Source: an uncultured Candidatus Poseidoniales archaeon
Lineage (GTDB): Archaea > Thermoplasmatota > Poseidoniia > Poseidoniales > Thalassarchaeaceae
Direction: 5' to 3'
Length of the DNA stretch: 50,290 bases
Assembly (NCBI GenBank): GCA_964016345.1
Contig: CAXHFM010000001.1
Coordinates: forward strand, 1 to 50,290
Shown here: piece after piece, positions 7,913 through 18,761 of the stretch
Numbering within the stretch: position 1 is the stretch's first letter
Layout: every line of letters begins with the position of its first letter
The notes under the pieces: generated by a model
What the model was told of the DNA's origin: nothing
Seen by the model: the letters and a program-made list of their open reading frames with translations, nothing else
The model's database searches: none
Position numbers and translations under genes: made by a program

Positions 7913-9238
7913 ATGCCAGGAGAGATTACGAAAAAACAAATTGACAAGATGAGGAAGGAATTCAAAAGTGACTCTTCGGCCAGAGTTGCGCAGAACGCGG
8001 TTACCAGCAATAATCTGTCCTCAGTAACACTCAGAAGGGATTTGGTTCAAGAAATAGACTTCACGTTCAGTACGAAGCTGGATGAGTGGAGGGCCACGAA
8101 TCAGAAGAGTAGCGGACGTTGCTGGTTGTTTGCGACATTGAATCTCTTCAGACCGGGGACTATGAAGAAAATGAATGTGAAGGAGTTCGAGTTTAGTCAG
8201 GCTCACATTCATTTCTGGGATAAGTTCGAGCGTTCTAATCACTTCTTGGAGGCCATAATTGAGACCTCTGGAAGACCTGTTGATGATAGGACAATCCACT
8301 TCCTACTGTCGGATCCGATTGGGGACGGGGGCCAGTGGAACATGGCCATGAACCTGATCAGGAAGCACGGACTAGTTCCAAAGTCAGCATATCCAGAGTC
8401 CAACAGTAGTAGCTCCACCAGATGGATGAATTCGATTCTGAAGGACATACTCAGGAGTAGTGCTAGCGAGATTAGGGGAATCCTTGATTCAGGGGGTAGT
8501 GAGAATGAAGCAAGAACACACAAGGAGAGCAGGATGGAGGATATTTGGAGAGTCCTTTGCATCCACTTGGGAACGCCCCCTGAGAGTTTTGACTGGCAGT
8601 GGAGAGACAAGGACAAGGAGTTTCACAGAAGAGGGGAGGTGACTCCCCAGCAGTTTGCGGATGAATTTGTTGACATAGACTGGGAAGAATACGTATGCAT
8701 TGTGAACGACCCCAGAAACGAGTACTATCAGACATACACTGTTGACTACCTACAGAATGTTGCAGGAGGCCCTCCTGTTGTCTATCTTAATGTGCCGAGC
8801 GATGAAATGAAATCGATAACCCAAGAGATTCTGGAAGACGGTTTGCCAGTCTGGATGGGATGCGACGTGGGTAAGCAGATGGATAGGAAAAGGGGCCTCT
8901 GGGATGCCAATCTATTCGAAACCAACGAGCTTTATGGTGTGGATTATGGTATGAGTAAGGCTGATAGGCTTAGATATGGTCAAACTATGATGACCCATGC
9001 CATGCTCTTCACTGGAGTAGACGTCTACGAAGGCAAGCCCAGGAGATGGAGAGTGGAGAATTCATGGGGGGACGACTCTGGACAAAAGGGGTTCTACACA
9101 ATGAATGACAATTGGTATGACGAGCATATGTTTGAGATTGCATCTCCCAAGAAGTACCTTACAGAGAGGATGATCAAGGGACTGGAAACAGTGCCAATCG
9201 TCTTAGAAGCTTGGGACCCAATGGGCTCTCTGGCCTAG
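7913..9238 (+). CDS. pepC: Aminopeptidase C / bleomycin hydrolase (peptidase family C1B)
   Basis: Catalytic Cys context QKSSGRCWLFATLN. His context HAMLFTGVD. WRVENSWG motif. 441 aa is typical for PepC. Confidence 0.9.
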   Translation: MPGEITKKQIDKMRKEFKSDSSARVAQNAVTSNNLSSVTLRRDLVQEIDFTFSTKLDEWRATNQKSSGRCWLFATLNLFRPGTMKKMNVKEFEFSQAHIHFWDKFERSNHFLEAIIETSGRPVDDRTIHFLLSDPIGDGGQWNMAMNLIRKHGLVPKSAYPESNSSSSTRWMNSILKDILRSSASEIRGILDSGGSENEARTHKESRMEDIWRVLCIHLGTPPESFDWQWRDKDKEFHRRGEVTPQQFADEFVDIDWEEYVCIVNDPRNEYYQTYTVDYLQNVAGGPPVVYLNVPSDEMKSITQEILEDGLPVWMGCDVGKQMDRKRGLWDANLFETNELYGVDYGMSKADRLRYGQTMMTHAMLFTGVDVYEGKPRRWRVENSWGDDSGQKGFYTMNDNWYDEHMFEIASPKKYLTERMIKGLETVPIVLEAWDPMGSLA

Positions 9239-9568
9239 TTAACCTAGGTTTCTTAGCGAGAGTTCGATAGTGACTGAGTCTGGGATTGGTATCCTCAGGA
9301 CCTTTCTTAGTGCCTTCTCGTCCCTGGAAGTGTTAGTTACTAGCTCTAGGAGTCTCTTGTGGACTCTCATCTCCCAGTGATCCCATGTCTCAGCACCCTC
9401 TCCATCTGGACTCTTCCTGCAGGGAACAACTATCCTTCTGGTTGGGAGAGGAATTGGCCCTCGAAGCTTGACTCCGGTCTCATCCGATATTGTCTTTATT
9501 TGGTCACATACCTGATTTACATCAGTATGGTTCTCTCCCGTCAGTCTGATTGTGGTGACGACGGGCAT
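9239..9568 (-). CDS. rps10: 30S ribosomal protein uS10
   Basis: VKLRGPIPLPTRRIVVPCRKSPDGEGAETWDHWEMRVHKRLLEL. The gene lies 20 nt downstream of tuf, the canonical archaeal tuf-rps10 arrangement. Confidence 0.95.
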   Translation of the reverse strand: MPVVTTIRLTGENHTDVNQVCDQIKTISDETGVKLRGPIPLPTRRIVVPCRKSPDGEGAETWDHWEMRVHKRLLELVTNTSRDEKALRKVLRIPIPDSVTIELSLRNLG

Positions 9569-9588
9569 TGATACTCACCTTGTTGCGT

Positions 9589-10872
9589 CTAAGCCTTCTT
9601 GTCGATTGCGATACACATTCCAGCCGCGACAGTCTTACCCATGTCACGAATCGCAAACCTGCAGAGCTCGGGGAAGTTGTCCTTGACCTCGATAGCCATT
9701 GGCTTGGTTGGTTGGAACCTAACTGTTGCTGCATCCCCTGACTTGAGGAACGCAGGAGTCTCTCCGGTCTTGAGATTCTTGATTAGCTCGACGAATCGGA
9801 CGGCTACCTGAGCAGTGTGAGCGTGGAAAACTGGTGTGTATCCAACTCCGATTGCCTTTGGTATCTCCATCATCTGGATGTTGCCGACGAAGGTCTCGTC
9901 ATGACGAACGAAGACTGGCTCGCTATCGCCGTATCCTGCTACGTCTCCTCTGCGAATGTCAACTGCTGCTAGCCCTCGTACGTTGAATCCGACGTTGTCA
10001 CCTGGCTCGGCCTTGTCGACCATGGTGTGGTGCATCTCAATACTCTTGACCTCAGCAGACTTCTGGCTCGGATTAAAGACGACTGTCTTTCCGGTGTTAA
10101 GAACACCAGTCTCGATCTTGCCTACTGGCACGGTTCCGATTCCGCTGATTTTGTAGACGTCCTGAATTGGCAGGCGAAGAGGCCTGTCCGTTGGCTTTGG
10201 AGGCATGCTAATTGCATCGATTGCCTCGAACAGAGTTGGTCCGCTGTACCACGAAGTGTTCTCGCTCTTATTGTATACGTTATCGCCATGGAAGGCGCTG
10301 CAAGGTACGAATGTGATTTCATCAGGCTTGTAACCTGCGCCCTTTAGCAATGCACTTACCTCTGTTACCGTATCGTTGTATTTGTCCTGGGACCAGTCAA
10401 CACCGCTGATATCCATCTTGTTTACATTGACAATTAGCTGGCTTACGCCGAGAACTCTTGCCAGGAACGCATGCTCTCTAGTTTGTGCGTTGACACCGTC
10501 GTTGGCCGCTACATTCAGCACAGCGGCGTCTGCTTGGCTTGTGCCTGTGATCATATTCTTAACGAAGTCACGGTGGCCAGGGGCGTCGATGATTGTGAAG
10601 TAGTAATTGGGTGTGTAGAACTCCTTGTGAGCTACATCAATGGTGATACCACGTGCACGCTCTTCTTTCAAGCCGTCCATGACGTAGGCCAGACCAAATC
10701 CGGCTTTTCCTGCTTCAGCAGCTAACTTCTCATTCTTCTCAATTACGTGCGCTTCGATGTGACCGCTGTCCAGAAGCAAACGACCAACTGTCGTCGACTT
10801 TCCGTGATCTACGTGTCCTACGAACACGATATTCAGATGCGGCTTGCTCTTGTCTTCCCACTGTGAACCCAT
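9589..10872 (-). CDS. tuf: Translation elongation factor EF-1alpha (aEF1A)
   Basis: G1 [10 protein letters not shown]3 DAPGHRDF and G4 NKMD. 427 aa. A Shine-Dalgarno-like AGAGGTG lies upstream. Confidence 0.97.
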   Translation of the reverse strand: MGSQWEDKSKPHLNIVFVGHVDHGKSTTVGRLLLDSGHIEAHVIEKNEKLAAEAGKAGFGLAYVMDGLKEERARGITIDVAHKEFYTPNYYFTIIDAPGHRDFVKNMITGTSQADAAVLNVAANDGVNAQTREHAFLARVLGVSQLIVNVNKMDISGVDWSQDKYNDTVTEVSALLKGAGYKPDEITFVPCSAFHGDNVYNKSENTSWYSGPTLFEAIDAISMPPKPTDRPLRLPIQDVYKISGIGTVPVGKIETGVLNTGKTVVFNPSQKSAEVKSIEMHHTMVDKAEPGDNVGFNVRGLAAVDIRRGDVAGYGDSEPVFVRHDETFVGNIQMMEIPKAIGVGYTPVFHAHTAQVAVRFVELIKNLKTGETPAFLKSGDAATVRFQPTKPMAIEVKDNFPELCRFAIRDMGKTVAAGMCIAIDKKA

Positions 10873-10983
10873 ATTATAACACCTCTAAGTGTGCCCCGCC
10901 GACCGAAGGGGCGTATATGAAACGTTCCCCAAGGACGTTTTCCACCATCAGTCACCGAAGTGGTGAGCAGTGTGGCGTTGGGG

Positions 10984-12180
10984 CTATCTATACTGAAGCT
11001 CCACTATGAAATAGTTGACCTTTGTCGTGTGCGTCTCCTCGTTAACCAAATCCGCGGACCATTCGCCTGGTAGGAAGCCCCTGACGGTGGAGGCTCCTAT
11101 CACCAGCCACACACAGTAGTCGTCCGAACCGCAGTCTCCCGCATTACGATTATCATTAGACAGTCCGGTAGAGTTGGCGATCTCATCCTCGGTACTGTTG
11201 AACAAGTAAATATCTAGCTTATTATCAGTGGTGGTGACTGGTCCCCCTCCTAGTCCCCCTCCTGCTTGATCGTCATCTTGCTGGGGGTAGTCTACCTTCG
11301 TTCTGAGATATCTGATTCTGTCCTTGGTATCTTCATCATAGGTAACCGGGAAGTCCCAAGTCATAACAATCGGGTCCTGAATCCTCCTGTCCATCTCAAA
11401 GTCACTCCACTTACCTTGGTAGTTGATGTAAACTGTAGAGTCATCATAGTGAGTGAGTCCGTTGTTGTCCGTGACCGTCAGTCTGATGTCCCAAGCTCCA
11501 GCTGACATGCCTTCCAGTTGAGCTACCTCCCCGGTAGCGTCAACATCGTTGTCTCTGATACCGTCCTCATCCGAGTCAGTGTTCCTATCCAAGTCCCACT
11601 CATAGCTCACTATGTATTCATCTGCGTAGCAATTGGAGTCATCGGGGTCACAGCCAGCCCATGATTCCGATCCGGAGAGAGATACTGTAGTTGAAACAGA
11701 AATCTGCCTGTCATCGATTTCTTTATCCTCGCATACCCAAATCATGACGAAATCGCCGTTAGGAGGGGAGTCTCCCTCACAATTGTCGTCTTTGTTGGAG
11801 GATATTTCAGCATGGGGCTCTCTTGCAGTTGAGTCGATGACGGTTATCAGCATGCTAGTGGTGACCTCATGGGTGCCATCGCTGACAGCTAACTTTGCGG
11901 AGTACTCTCCGGGCTGGGCATATGAGTGGCTGGTAGTCAGCCCAGTTCCAGTATTGCCATCCCCAAATGTCCAAGTGAATGTCATTGCGTCTGCATCAGG
12001 GTCCGAGGAGCCCACGGCGCTAAATGTGATGCTGTCACCAGCCCTTACTGAGCCGGTTGGATCGACAGACATGTTCGCACTGGGGGGACTGTTACTCCCT
12101 AAGATATCCATACAGCCGGCCAGTGCAGTGAAAATCATTAGCATCGCCATCATCAGGCCCGCAGACTTTCCCCCTCTCAT
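10984..12180 (-). CDS. Secreted lipobox protein with a PKD domain
   Basis: N-terminus MRGGKSAGLMMAMLMIFTALAGC (signal peptide plus lipobox-like LAGC). PKD signature FTWTFGDGNTGTG..HSYAQPGEYSAKLAVSDG. Acidic DSDEDGIRDNDVD loop. Confidence 0.8.
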   Translation of the reverse strand: MRGGKSAGLMMAMLMIFTALAGCMDILGSNSPPSANMSVDPTGSVRAGDSITFSAVGSSDPDADAMTFTWTFGDGNTGTGLTTSHSYAQPGEYSAKLAVSDGTHEVTTSMLITVIDSTAREPHAEISSNKDDNCEGDSPPNGDFVMIWVCEDKEIDDRQISVSTTVSLSGSESWAGCDPDDSNCYADEYIVSYEWDLDRNTDSDEDGIRDNDVDATGEVAQLEGMSAGAWDIRLTVTDNNGLTHYDDSTVYINYQGKWSDFEMDRRIQDPIVMTWDFPVTYDEDTKDRIRYLRTKVDYPQQDDDQAGGGLGGGPVTTTDNKLDIYLFNSTEDEIANSTGLSNDNRNAGDCGSDDYCVWLVIGASTVRGFLPGEWSADLVNEETHTTKVNYFIVELQYR

Positions 12181-12226
12181 GGAGCAGGGCTGGAGGGTGG
12201 TATGAAATCAACCCTACGATTCAATG

Positions 12227-14851
12227 TTAGAAGTCAAAAAGGCTCTTTTGCCCCCTAGGCCTAGCTCCATCCAAGAGTTCCTTTTCCCCCTGTCCGAACG
12301 CTTCTGTGACGCGCCCCAAGGATTTGGCTAGACGCTTTGCATAGTATTTTGTGTCATATTCAGGTGCTTTCCCTCCTATCTCATCAACGAGCCATGCTTT
12401 AACGCCCAGTTTCTTATCCCCGCTTTCTGGCTCTGTGATCACATACCCGACCTTCATGCCTGGTGTGAATTGGAGGCCCGCTGCGATTCTCTGTTTGGCG
12501 GCCCTGACATATGGCAGGCCCTCGGGGTTGGCATAGACGCTGTCGAAATCCCACTCATTCTTCTTGGAATTCCACTTACCCTTGCACGATCTGCTGATCA
12601 CTAGCCTGGATGGATCGACTTTTCCAGATCTCACTTCATCGATTGCCATTTTGGTCATGTCTACTGCGGCTTCTGTATTTCCGTCGAGAAGCATCTCGAA
12701 CATCTCAGTCATGGTTTCGGATAAAAGATCGAAAGAGTCTGTTCTCCTGACCTCGTAGCCTCTTATCAGCATCTCCTCTCTGGGCCATACTACCCTTCCG
12801 ACATACCTCTTCTTTGCACCGTGGCTGAAGAATGCGGAAAGTGCTGTCTCAAATTCCAGCTCAGCTCCCTCTTTTGTGAACCTATTTGCTAGCTGTTCTC
12901 CGAACATCAGGGTCTCCTCTCTGGCCTTTTTCCATTCCATTGATACCAGGGGATCTTCGGATCTATTGGTAGGAGCTCCAGCGTCTACTGGCGACTTCAC
13001 GAAAATTGAGTCCGTATCTGAGTAAATCACGTCGTTACCCCCTTCCTGTACTTGTGAGATTATCGCTTTGATATTGTGTCTGGCCCATTCGGTAATACTG
13101 GCCCCTAAGTCAGGGTGTGTGAATCTGTAGAAACTAGATGCGAATACCCCATAGAACGAGTTCATCAGTATCTTGACTGCATACTGTAGTTGGTCAAGTA
13201 AGAATACCTCGACAGAATCATTGCCCTCTTGGGCATGCTCCATCCCCTTTTTGTATAGATCTCTTTTTTCCATCAGGTCTTCCAAAAGCCTTGGGACTAG
13301 TCCGTTCATTTCTTGTTTTGACTTGTATCTGGTTTTAGTTTCCGGAGAAACCCTGTCCGATTCGTCCTCCTCCCCTTCTCTAACAAGAGTAGTGGAGCAA
13401 ATATTGTTACTGATCATTATTGACGGGTACATCGACTTGAAATCCAGCACAACTACCCATGGCTCCATTCCTGGTTCAACCTCGTGCACGTATCCGCCTG
13501 CAATCTGGTCCCTCTTCCTTGGTCCCGCATTCGTCATTGGGATAGCTATTGCCTCCTTGTCTGCCAGCCTCATTACTAAGGAGTCTATCCATTGACTAGT
13601 TGTTCCGTTCGTTGCAGTCTCGACGGTGGTTAGTGAAACCGAGGCCAATGCTTCCTTTCTGGCTATGACCTTTAGATGGCTAAGTATATCCAACGGGAGG
13701 TGGGTATCCTTGATGCAATACTCCATGACCACGTCTGGCCTAGCATCCCACTCTTCGTCCATCTTGCTGGCATCCACATCGAGCTTCCTCATCCCCTCAT
13801 CTTCGGGCCACAGTAGCTGTGATACGTACCTTAGTGACTCTCTTTGGGGACGGAGTGTCTGTCTGGCCTGCCACCATGCATCCATGGGAATCCTCCCAAC
13901 TATCCTCCAAACCCTATTTTGCTGTCTCTGAGGAAAGACTCTCTTGCTCTCGCTGTCAGACGCTGGCACTCTCCCCCATCCGAAAAGTGGGAGCCTGTCT
14001 ATCTTGGGGCGGGGACATACGACCTCAGATCTCTCCTGCATTCTGGGAAGATCGAAGTTATCGATATTGTATCCGGTGATGAAGTCGGGATCCTCATCCC
14101 GGACCAGTTTGGTGAGGCCTTCCATAATCTCCCTCTCCGAGCCAACGAATTCATGCTCAGACCTAGATCCGTTTCTATCGACTACAGCCGCGGCACAAAG
14201 TATCCTATTTGTGGATATGCTAGTCTCCAAGTCGAATGAAAAAGATACGAATGGAGCGGGGAACGTATCGCTCTTTTCCAAATCCTCGAGATCACATGAG
14301 ATGACCATGTCTACCGGATACAAGCCTGCACCGCCGGCGGCGATTATTGCCCTCTCGGATTCTACTTCGGAAGTGGTATCATCATTCTTTGAAACCTCGG
14401 GCGCTCTAACTCCTGCCCACAGAACTCTGCCCCCTGCCGAGATGTGTGGGCCAATATCCAGGTCTAACATCAATCGGTTGACGAAGAGTATGTCCGCGCT
14501 TGTAATCTCCCAGTTATCCAGTTTCTTGCGGAGATTCCTGACGGAATAGGGTTGGTTGGCATAGACCCTCCAATGCCTCTTCATTCCGTATCTTGTCCAT
14601 TTCATGACCGGGTCCGAGACTTCGACGACCTCGCTCATTCTAGACACTGAGTCTAAGTCAACTTCTTGTTTCGGACTAGGGGCTCCAGGTATAGCGATGT
14701 CAAAGTAAGGTCGGAGCCCATGAACCAGTAGTACAACCGAGTGCCCGTCCTCAGCCCTGCACCACAACTCCACCACTGTTTTTGGAATAGTGGAGTCGAC
14801 AGACTGGTACGAGCCAGAGACGATACACATCCTGCCATGCCACTCCATCAA
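12227..14851 (-). CDS. polB: Family-B DNA polymerase
   Basis: Exo I FSFDLET, Exo II GYNIDNFDLPRM, Exo III YCIKDTHLPLDIL. Pol motifs DFKSMYPSIM, KILMNSFYGV and VIYSDTDSIFV. 874 aa with no intein-sized insertion. Confidence 0.95.
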   Translation of the reverse strand: MMEWHGRMCIVSGSYQSVDSTIPKTVVELWCRAEDGHSVVLLVHGLRPYFDIAIPGAPSPKQEVDLDSVSRMSEVVEVSDPVMKWTRYGMKRHWRVYANQPYSVRNLRKKLDNWEITSADILFVNRLMLDLDIGPHISAGGRVLWAGVRAPEVSKNDDTTSEVESERAIIAAGGAGLYPVDMVISCDLEDLEKSDTFPAPFVSFSFDLETSISTNRILCAAAVVDRNGSRSEHEFVGSEREIMEGLTKLVRDEDPDFITGYNIDNFDLPRMQERSEVVCPRPKIDRLPLFGWGRVPASDSESKRVFPQRQQNRVWRIVGRIPMDAWWQARQTLRPQRESLRYVSQLLWPEDEGMRKLDVDASKMDEEWDARPDVVMEYCIKDTHLPLDILSHLKVIARKEALASVSLTTVETATNGTTSQWIDSLVMRLADKEAIAIPMTNAGPRKRDQIAGGYVHEVEPGMEPWVVVLDFKSMYPSIMISNNICSTTLVREGEEDESDRVSPETKTRYKSKQEMNGLVPRLLEDLMEKRDLYKKGMEHAQEGNDSVEVFLLDQLQYAVKILMNSFYGVFASSFYRFTHPDLGASITEWARHNIKAIISQVQEGGNDVIYSDTDSIFVKSPVDAGAPTNRSEDPLVSMEWKKAREETLMFGEQLANRFTKEGAELEFETALSAFFSHGAKKRYVGRVVWPREEMLIRGYEVRRTDSFDLLSETMTEMFEMLLDGNTEAAVDMTKMAIDEVRSGKVDPSRLVISRSCKGKWNSKKNEWDFDSVYANPEGLPYVRAAKQRIAAGLQFTPGMKVGYVITEPESGDKKLGVKAWLVDEIGGKAPEYDTKYYAKRLAKSLGRVTEAFGQGEKELLDGARPRGQKSLFDF

Positions 14852-14965
14852 CTCCCCTCAATGTGAGCAAGTGGCACACCATCTTCAAACTATGTCTCAA
14901 AAGAGAGGCACAAGAGCACTGGGAGGGAATCCTTGCGTAATTGTTGAAAGCTGGCATGCTTCCGT

Positions 14966-16012
14966 GTGTATAGGGGACTGCCAATGCCAGTTGATACGGA
15001 ACCGGAAATCGACTGGGATTCTCTGACCTTTAGCTTCACTCAGACAGATAGGATGTACATGGCGAAATGCAAGATTGGGGGCGATTGGGAGAAAGGGATA
15101 ATGAAGGACTACGAGGATTTGGTGATCTCCCCAGCGGCTGGAGTTCTGAACTATGGACAGGGTCTCTTTGAGGGGCTTAAGGCGCAACGGGCCTCTGATG
15201 GTAGTATAGTTCTCTTTAGGCCTCAGCAGAACGCAAGGCGCGCTCAGGAAGGGGCAAAGAGGCTTGGAATGCCCCCTGTGCCCGAAGAAATGTTCCTAGA
15301 CGCAGTCATTAGCGCCGTTAGAGAAAACTCCAGGTGGGTTCCCCCGATGGGAAAGGGGGCCTTGTACATCAGACCGCTTTTGATGGGGAGTGGCCCTATT
15401 CTTGGCGTCGCCCCTGCACCCGAGTATACCTTCCTAGTTTTCACCTCACCCGTGGGACCCTACTTCAAAGGAGGGATAACCCCGACTTCACTGAGGGTAT
15501 CCGATGAATTCCATAGGGCCGCTCCCGGTGGGTCCGGAGGAGTCAAGGCGATTGGAAATTACGCACCAGGGATGATTCCTTCCAAGATGGCGAAGAAGGA
15601 GGGTTATTCTGAGATTATCTACCTAGACGCAGTTAATCACAGATACATAGAGGAAGTTGGTGCAGCGAACTTTTTCTGTGTGAAGGATGATGTGGTTTCG
15701 ACCCCAGAGTTGACTGGAACAATTCTGCCAGGAGTAACAAGGTCTTCGATTATTGAGCTAGCTTCCTCGAGGGGTTACGAGGTAAGGGAGGAGAAAGTTG
15801 ATGTTGAATACGCAATGGAGGCGGATGAGTGCTTTTGTGTAGGCACGGCTGCAGTGGTTTCCTCGATTGGAAAGATCGAGTACGGAAATAAGGTATCAGA
15901 GTACAATGGGGGCGAGGTAGGCCCAGTGACTAGGCAGTTGTACGAGGAGTTGACAGCTATCCAGCAGAGGCGCGCACCCGATGAATTTGGCTGGATTGTA
16001 GTTGTAGAGTGA
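14966..16012 (+). CDS. ilvE: Branched-chain amino-acid aminotransferase (PLP fold type IV)
   Basis: Typical class-IV pattern: GLFEGLKA, YIRPLLMGSGPILGV, GGVKAIGNYA (PLP Lys context), EEVGAANFF, ILPGVTRSS. The start may be M7 (MPVDTE...). Confidence 0.88.
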   Translation: MYRGLPMPVDTEPEIDWDSLTFSFTQTDRMYMAKCKIGGDWEKGIMKDYEDLVISPAAGVLNYGQGLFEGLKAQRASDGSIVLFRPQQNARRAQEGAKRLGMPPVPEEMFLDAVISAVRENSRWVPPMGKGALYIRPLLMGSGPILGVAPAPEYTFLVFTSPVGPYFKGGITPTSLRVSDEFHRAAPGGSGGVKAIGNYAPGMIPSKMAKKEGYSEIIYLDAVNHRYIEEVGAANFFCVKDDVVSTPELTGTILPGVTRSSIIELASSRGYEVREEKVDVEYAMEADECFCVGTAAVVSSIGKIEYGNKVSEYNGGEVGPVTRQLYEELTAIQQRRAPDEFGWIVVVE

Positions 16013-16062
16013 GAGGTTTCACTGGGGCAACATAATTGTGCAACCTCCCAGCCGGGCCGATT

Positions 16063-17535
16063 ATGAAGACGGGGTCAATGCTTGTCATCGTAATGATGCT
16101 ATCATTTTCGGGACTCGGTTGTATACATACCAACAGTGGCGTAGGCGGTGCTGAAGAGAGCTTGAATACCGATACTGGCATCTTCGTTACTGGTCCTGAT
16201 GGCGAGCCTCTGGATATTCCCTCGCTCCCACTAGAGTTCATTTTCAGCGATGTAGGAGAGGAGGGTGCCGAGCCGAGCATTGGGATTACATCCAGCGGTT
16301 GCATTTTCTTCATAGCATTTGAGAAGGTGATGCGATCATGCGATTTCGGACAGTCCTGGGAGGAGGTGACCGGCCCTGAGTGTTCCTTCACTACAAGTGA
16401 TCCATACGGTTGGGTTGATCCTGTAACTGATCGTATTTTCAATGTCCAGATGCAGGGGCTCGAAACATCTTGGATATGCTGGAGTGACGATGATGGCGAG
16501 AGCTGGCTTGGCAATCCACATGATTCTGGGACCACACCACTGAACGATCACATCAAACTAGCAACCGGACCTTGGACCGGAAGTGGATACGGAATAGGGG
16601 GATCATTCTCCCAATCATTTTATGATCAAGCTGTCTACTATTGCTACAACAAAGGGGTTGGTATTTTCTGCTTCACAAGCTTCGATGGAGGGGCGACATT
16701 CGAAGCAGGTGGACAGATTTTTGGATTGGCCACCTCCAATGGCGGACTACATGGCGCGATTACGAGTGCACCTGATGGAACGGTATACGTCACGCCCAGA
16801 GTTGAGACTCCAACGGTAATCGTCTCAAAGGATAATGGCTTCAGTTGGGACGAGCATTCAATGGGAGAGGACGTGGGTACTCCATACCCTAGGAAGAACT
16901 CGGAGGTTGCCACCGATACACAGTCCAATGCATACCACATCTGGACCGGTGGTGATGAGGGGGTTTACATGTCAAGGAGTATTGACTCCGGAGAAACATG
17001 GGAGCAGACCAGTATCCGAATAAGTCCCAAAGAAGTGATATCCACTACATTCCCCCAAGTAGACGCAGGAGATCCCGGTAAGATTGCCATCACCTATCTA
17101 GGAAGTGAGAATTCGAGCGAGCTCGGGAAGCCAGATATCGATGGGGAGAATTGGACTGGAAATGCCCATTACGCTACCACTAACGTTAGTTACTACCTTT
17201 ACATTACCTTCAGCCTGAATGCACTGGACTCATCCCCTGTTTTCCACACATTCAGGGTCTCTCCCGACCCAGTTCAAATTGGGAGTATCTGCCTCAACAG
17301 TGGAGATTGTCGTGACATTGGAGGTTCGAATAGAAATCTATTGGACTTCAATGACCTGCACATAGATAGGGAAGGTAGAGTTTTCGTGGCATTCGCGGAC
17401 GGGTGTATAGACTCTTGTGCGTCTGATCTCAACTCAACCGCCGAGGACTCTCGGAGCAGGCTAGGATCTGTGTACTACCTAGGGAGTGGCCCCAGTTTGT
17501 ATGACTCAGTGGGGATGCTGGAGATTCCTTTCTAA
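16063..17535 (+). CDS. Secreted lipobox protein with BNR/Asp-box repeats (sialidase-like beta-propeller)
   Basis: Five Asp-box-like SxDxGxTW motifs: SCDFGQSW, SDDDGESW, SFDGGATF, SKDNGFSW, SIDSGETW. I chose ATG 16063 (MKTGSMLVIVMMLSFSGLGC, signal plus lipobox). The ORF track extends to TTG 16036. Confidence 0.8.
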   Translation: MKTGSMLVIVMMLSFSGLGCIHTNSGVGGAEESLNTDTGIFVTGPDGEPLDIPSLPLEFIFSDVGEEGAEPSIGITSSGCIFFIAFEKVMRSCDFGQSWEEVTGPECSFTTSDPYGWVDPVTDRIFNVQMQGLETSWICWSDDDGESWLGNPHDSGTTPLNDHIKLATGPWTGSGYGIGGSFSQSFYDQAVYYCYNKGVGIFCFTSFDGGATFEAGGQIFGLATSNGGLHGAITSAPDGTVYVTPRVETPTVIVSKDNGFSWDEHSMGEDVGTPYPRKNSEVATDTQSNAYHIWTGGDEGVYMSRSIDSGETWEQTSIRISPKEVISTTFPQVDAGDPGKIAITYLGSENSSELGKPDIDGENWTGNAHYATTNVSYYLYITFSLNALDSSPVFHTFRVSPDPVQIGSICLNSGDCRDIGGSNRNLLDFNDLHIDREGRVFVAFADGCIDSCASDLNSTAEDSRSRLGSVYYLGSGPSLYDSVGMLEIPF

Positions 17536-18684
17536 TCATGGATGGAAAAAGAAGGCGGCGCCCAGGACTAGGTAAGTTCCCAGTAGCATAGCACCTTCTA
17601 GCCAATTTGATTTACCATCAGCGGCTATGATATTGACAATCAGAACAGCTAGGAATGCAGACACCGTCTCTAGCATACCGAACTCAAATGTCATAGGAAC
17701 TTCAAGAATCCATGCCACTATGATCATGAGTGGCGCTACGAAGACCGCAATCTGTGTGGAGGAGCCCATGGAAATAGCGAATGAAAGGTCCATCTTGTCC
17801 TTGCCAGCAACCACCACGGCGGTGAAGTGCTCTGCGGCATTCCCGAATAAAGGCAGGAGGATTACTCCAATGAATAAGTGAGGGAGTCCGATATCATCAG
17901 CCGCATATTCCACAGAGTGTACTAGGATCTCCGCCATCCATGATACCAAGACAGTAGCCAGAACTAGGAGGATTATTGCATCACGCTTACTCATCTCCGG
18001 GGCCTCGTGGTGGTGCGTTTCCGTCGCGAAGAGATCCACATGAGATCTGAATTGAAAGTAAAGGAATAGTCCGTAAAGTGCCAATAGCACGATTGCCGCA
18101 ACGTGGCTTAGCCGCTCGACACCCTCGTCTCCGTCAGCCCCTCCGACAGTCGAGTTGAACACAGCAGGAATAATCAGGACAATCATTGCCAGCAACATCA
18201 GAGAGCCGTTGGAGCTAACCTGGGAGTCAGTAAACCTCTGTTCAGGGTAGTTTAAGCCCCCCCATAGAAATGCCAGGCCCATGACAAGTAACAAATTACC
18301 GAGAATACTGCCGATGAGACTAGCTTGGACTAGTCCGACCATGAGTTCTTCGGTTGCAAGCCCTTCCAGTGTTGAGGTGTCAGCTTGGGAAGCTGCATAG
18401 ATTGCCAACAAGGCAATAATCATCTCAGCCGCGTTTCCAAATGTGGCGTTTAGCAATCCACCCAAAGATTCTGACGTGTAGAGTGCAATTTCCTCCGTAG
18501 CCCTGCCCATTAGAAATGCGAGAGGCATGATTGCCACCAAGGATGAGAAGAATGCAAGAGATTCTTCTTGAGCAATGTAGGTGAAGTAGAGGGTTATTGG
18601 AATCGCTAGCAGTAGGAGGTTTAGTTTACTATCTCGAGGATCCATAGCACGGGCCCAGGTAATCTCGTATGACATGTTCTTCAC
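17536..18684 (-). CDS. Ca2+/H+ antiporter (CaCA / CAX family)
   Basis: Both alpha-repeat signatures are present: GNAAEMIIAL and GNAAEHFTAVVVAGKDKMDLSFAISMGSSTQIA. About 11 TM segments. Confidence 0.9.
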   Translation of the reverse strand: MKNMSYEITWARAMDPRDSKLNLLLLAIPITLYFTYIAQEESLAFFSSLVAIMPLAFLMGRATEEIALYTSESLGGLLNATFGNAAEMIIALLAIYAASQADTSTLEGLATEELMVGLVQASLIGSILGNLLLVMGLAFLWGGLNYPEQRFTDSQVSSNGSLMLLAMIVLIIPAVFNSTVGGADGDEGVERLSHVAAIVLLALYGLFLYFQFRSHVDLFATETHHHEAPEMSKRDAIILLVLATVLVSWMAEILVHSVEYAADDIGLPHLFIGVILLPLFGNAAEHFTAVVVAGKDKMDLSFAISMGSSTQIAVFVAPLMIIVAWILEVPMTFEFGMLETVSAFLAVLIVNIIAADGKSNWLEGAMLLGTYLVLGAAFFFHP

Positions 18685-18761
18685 ATTATCGAGTAGCTCA
18701 TATGAGGTGAATGTTGCGCCTTAGCAGGAGCTTTCATTGCTTCTCGCTGTAGTCGCAGTGC

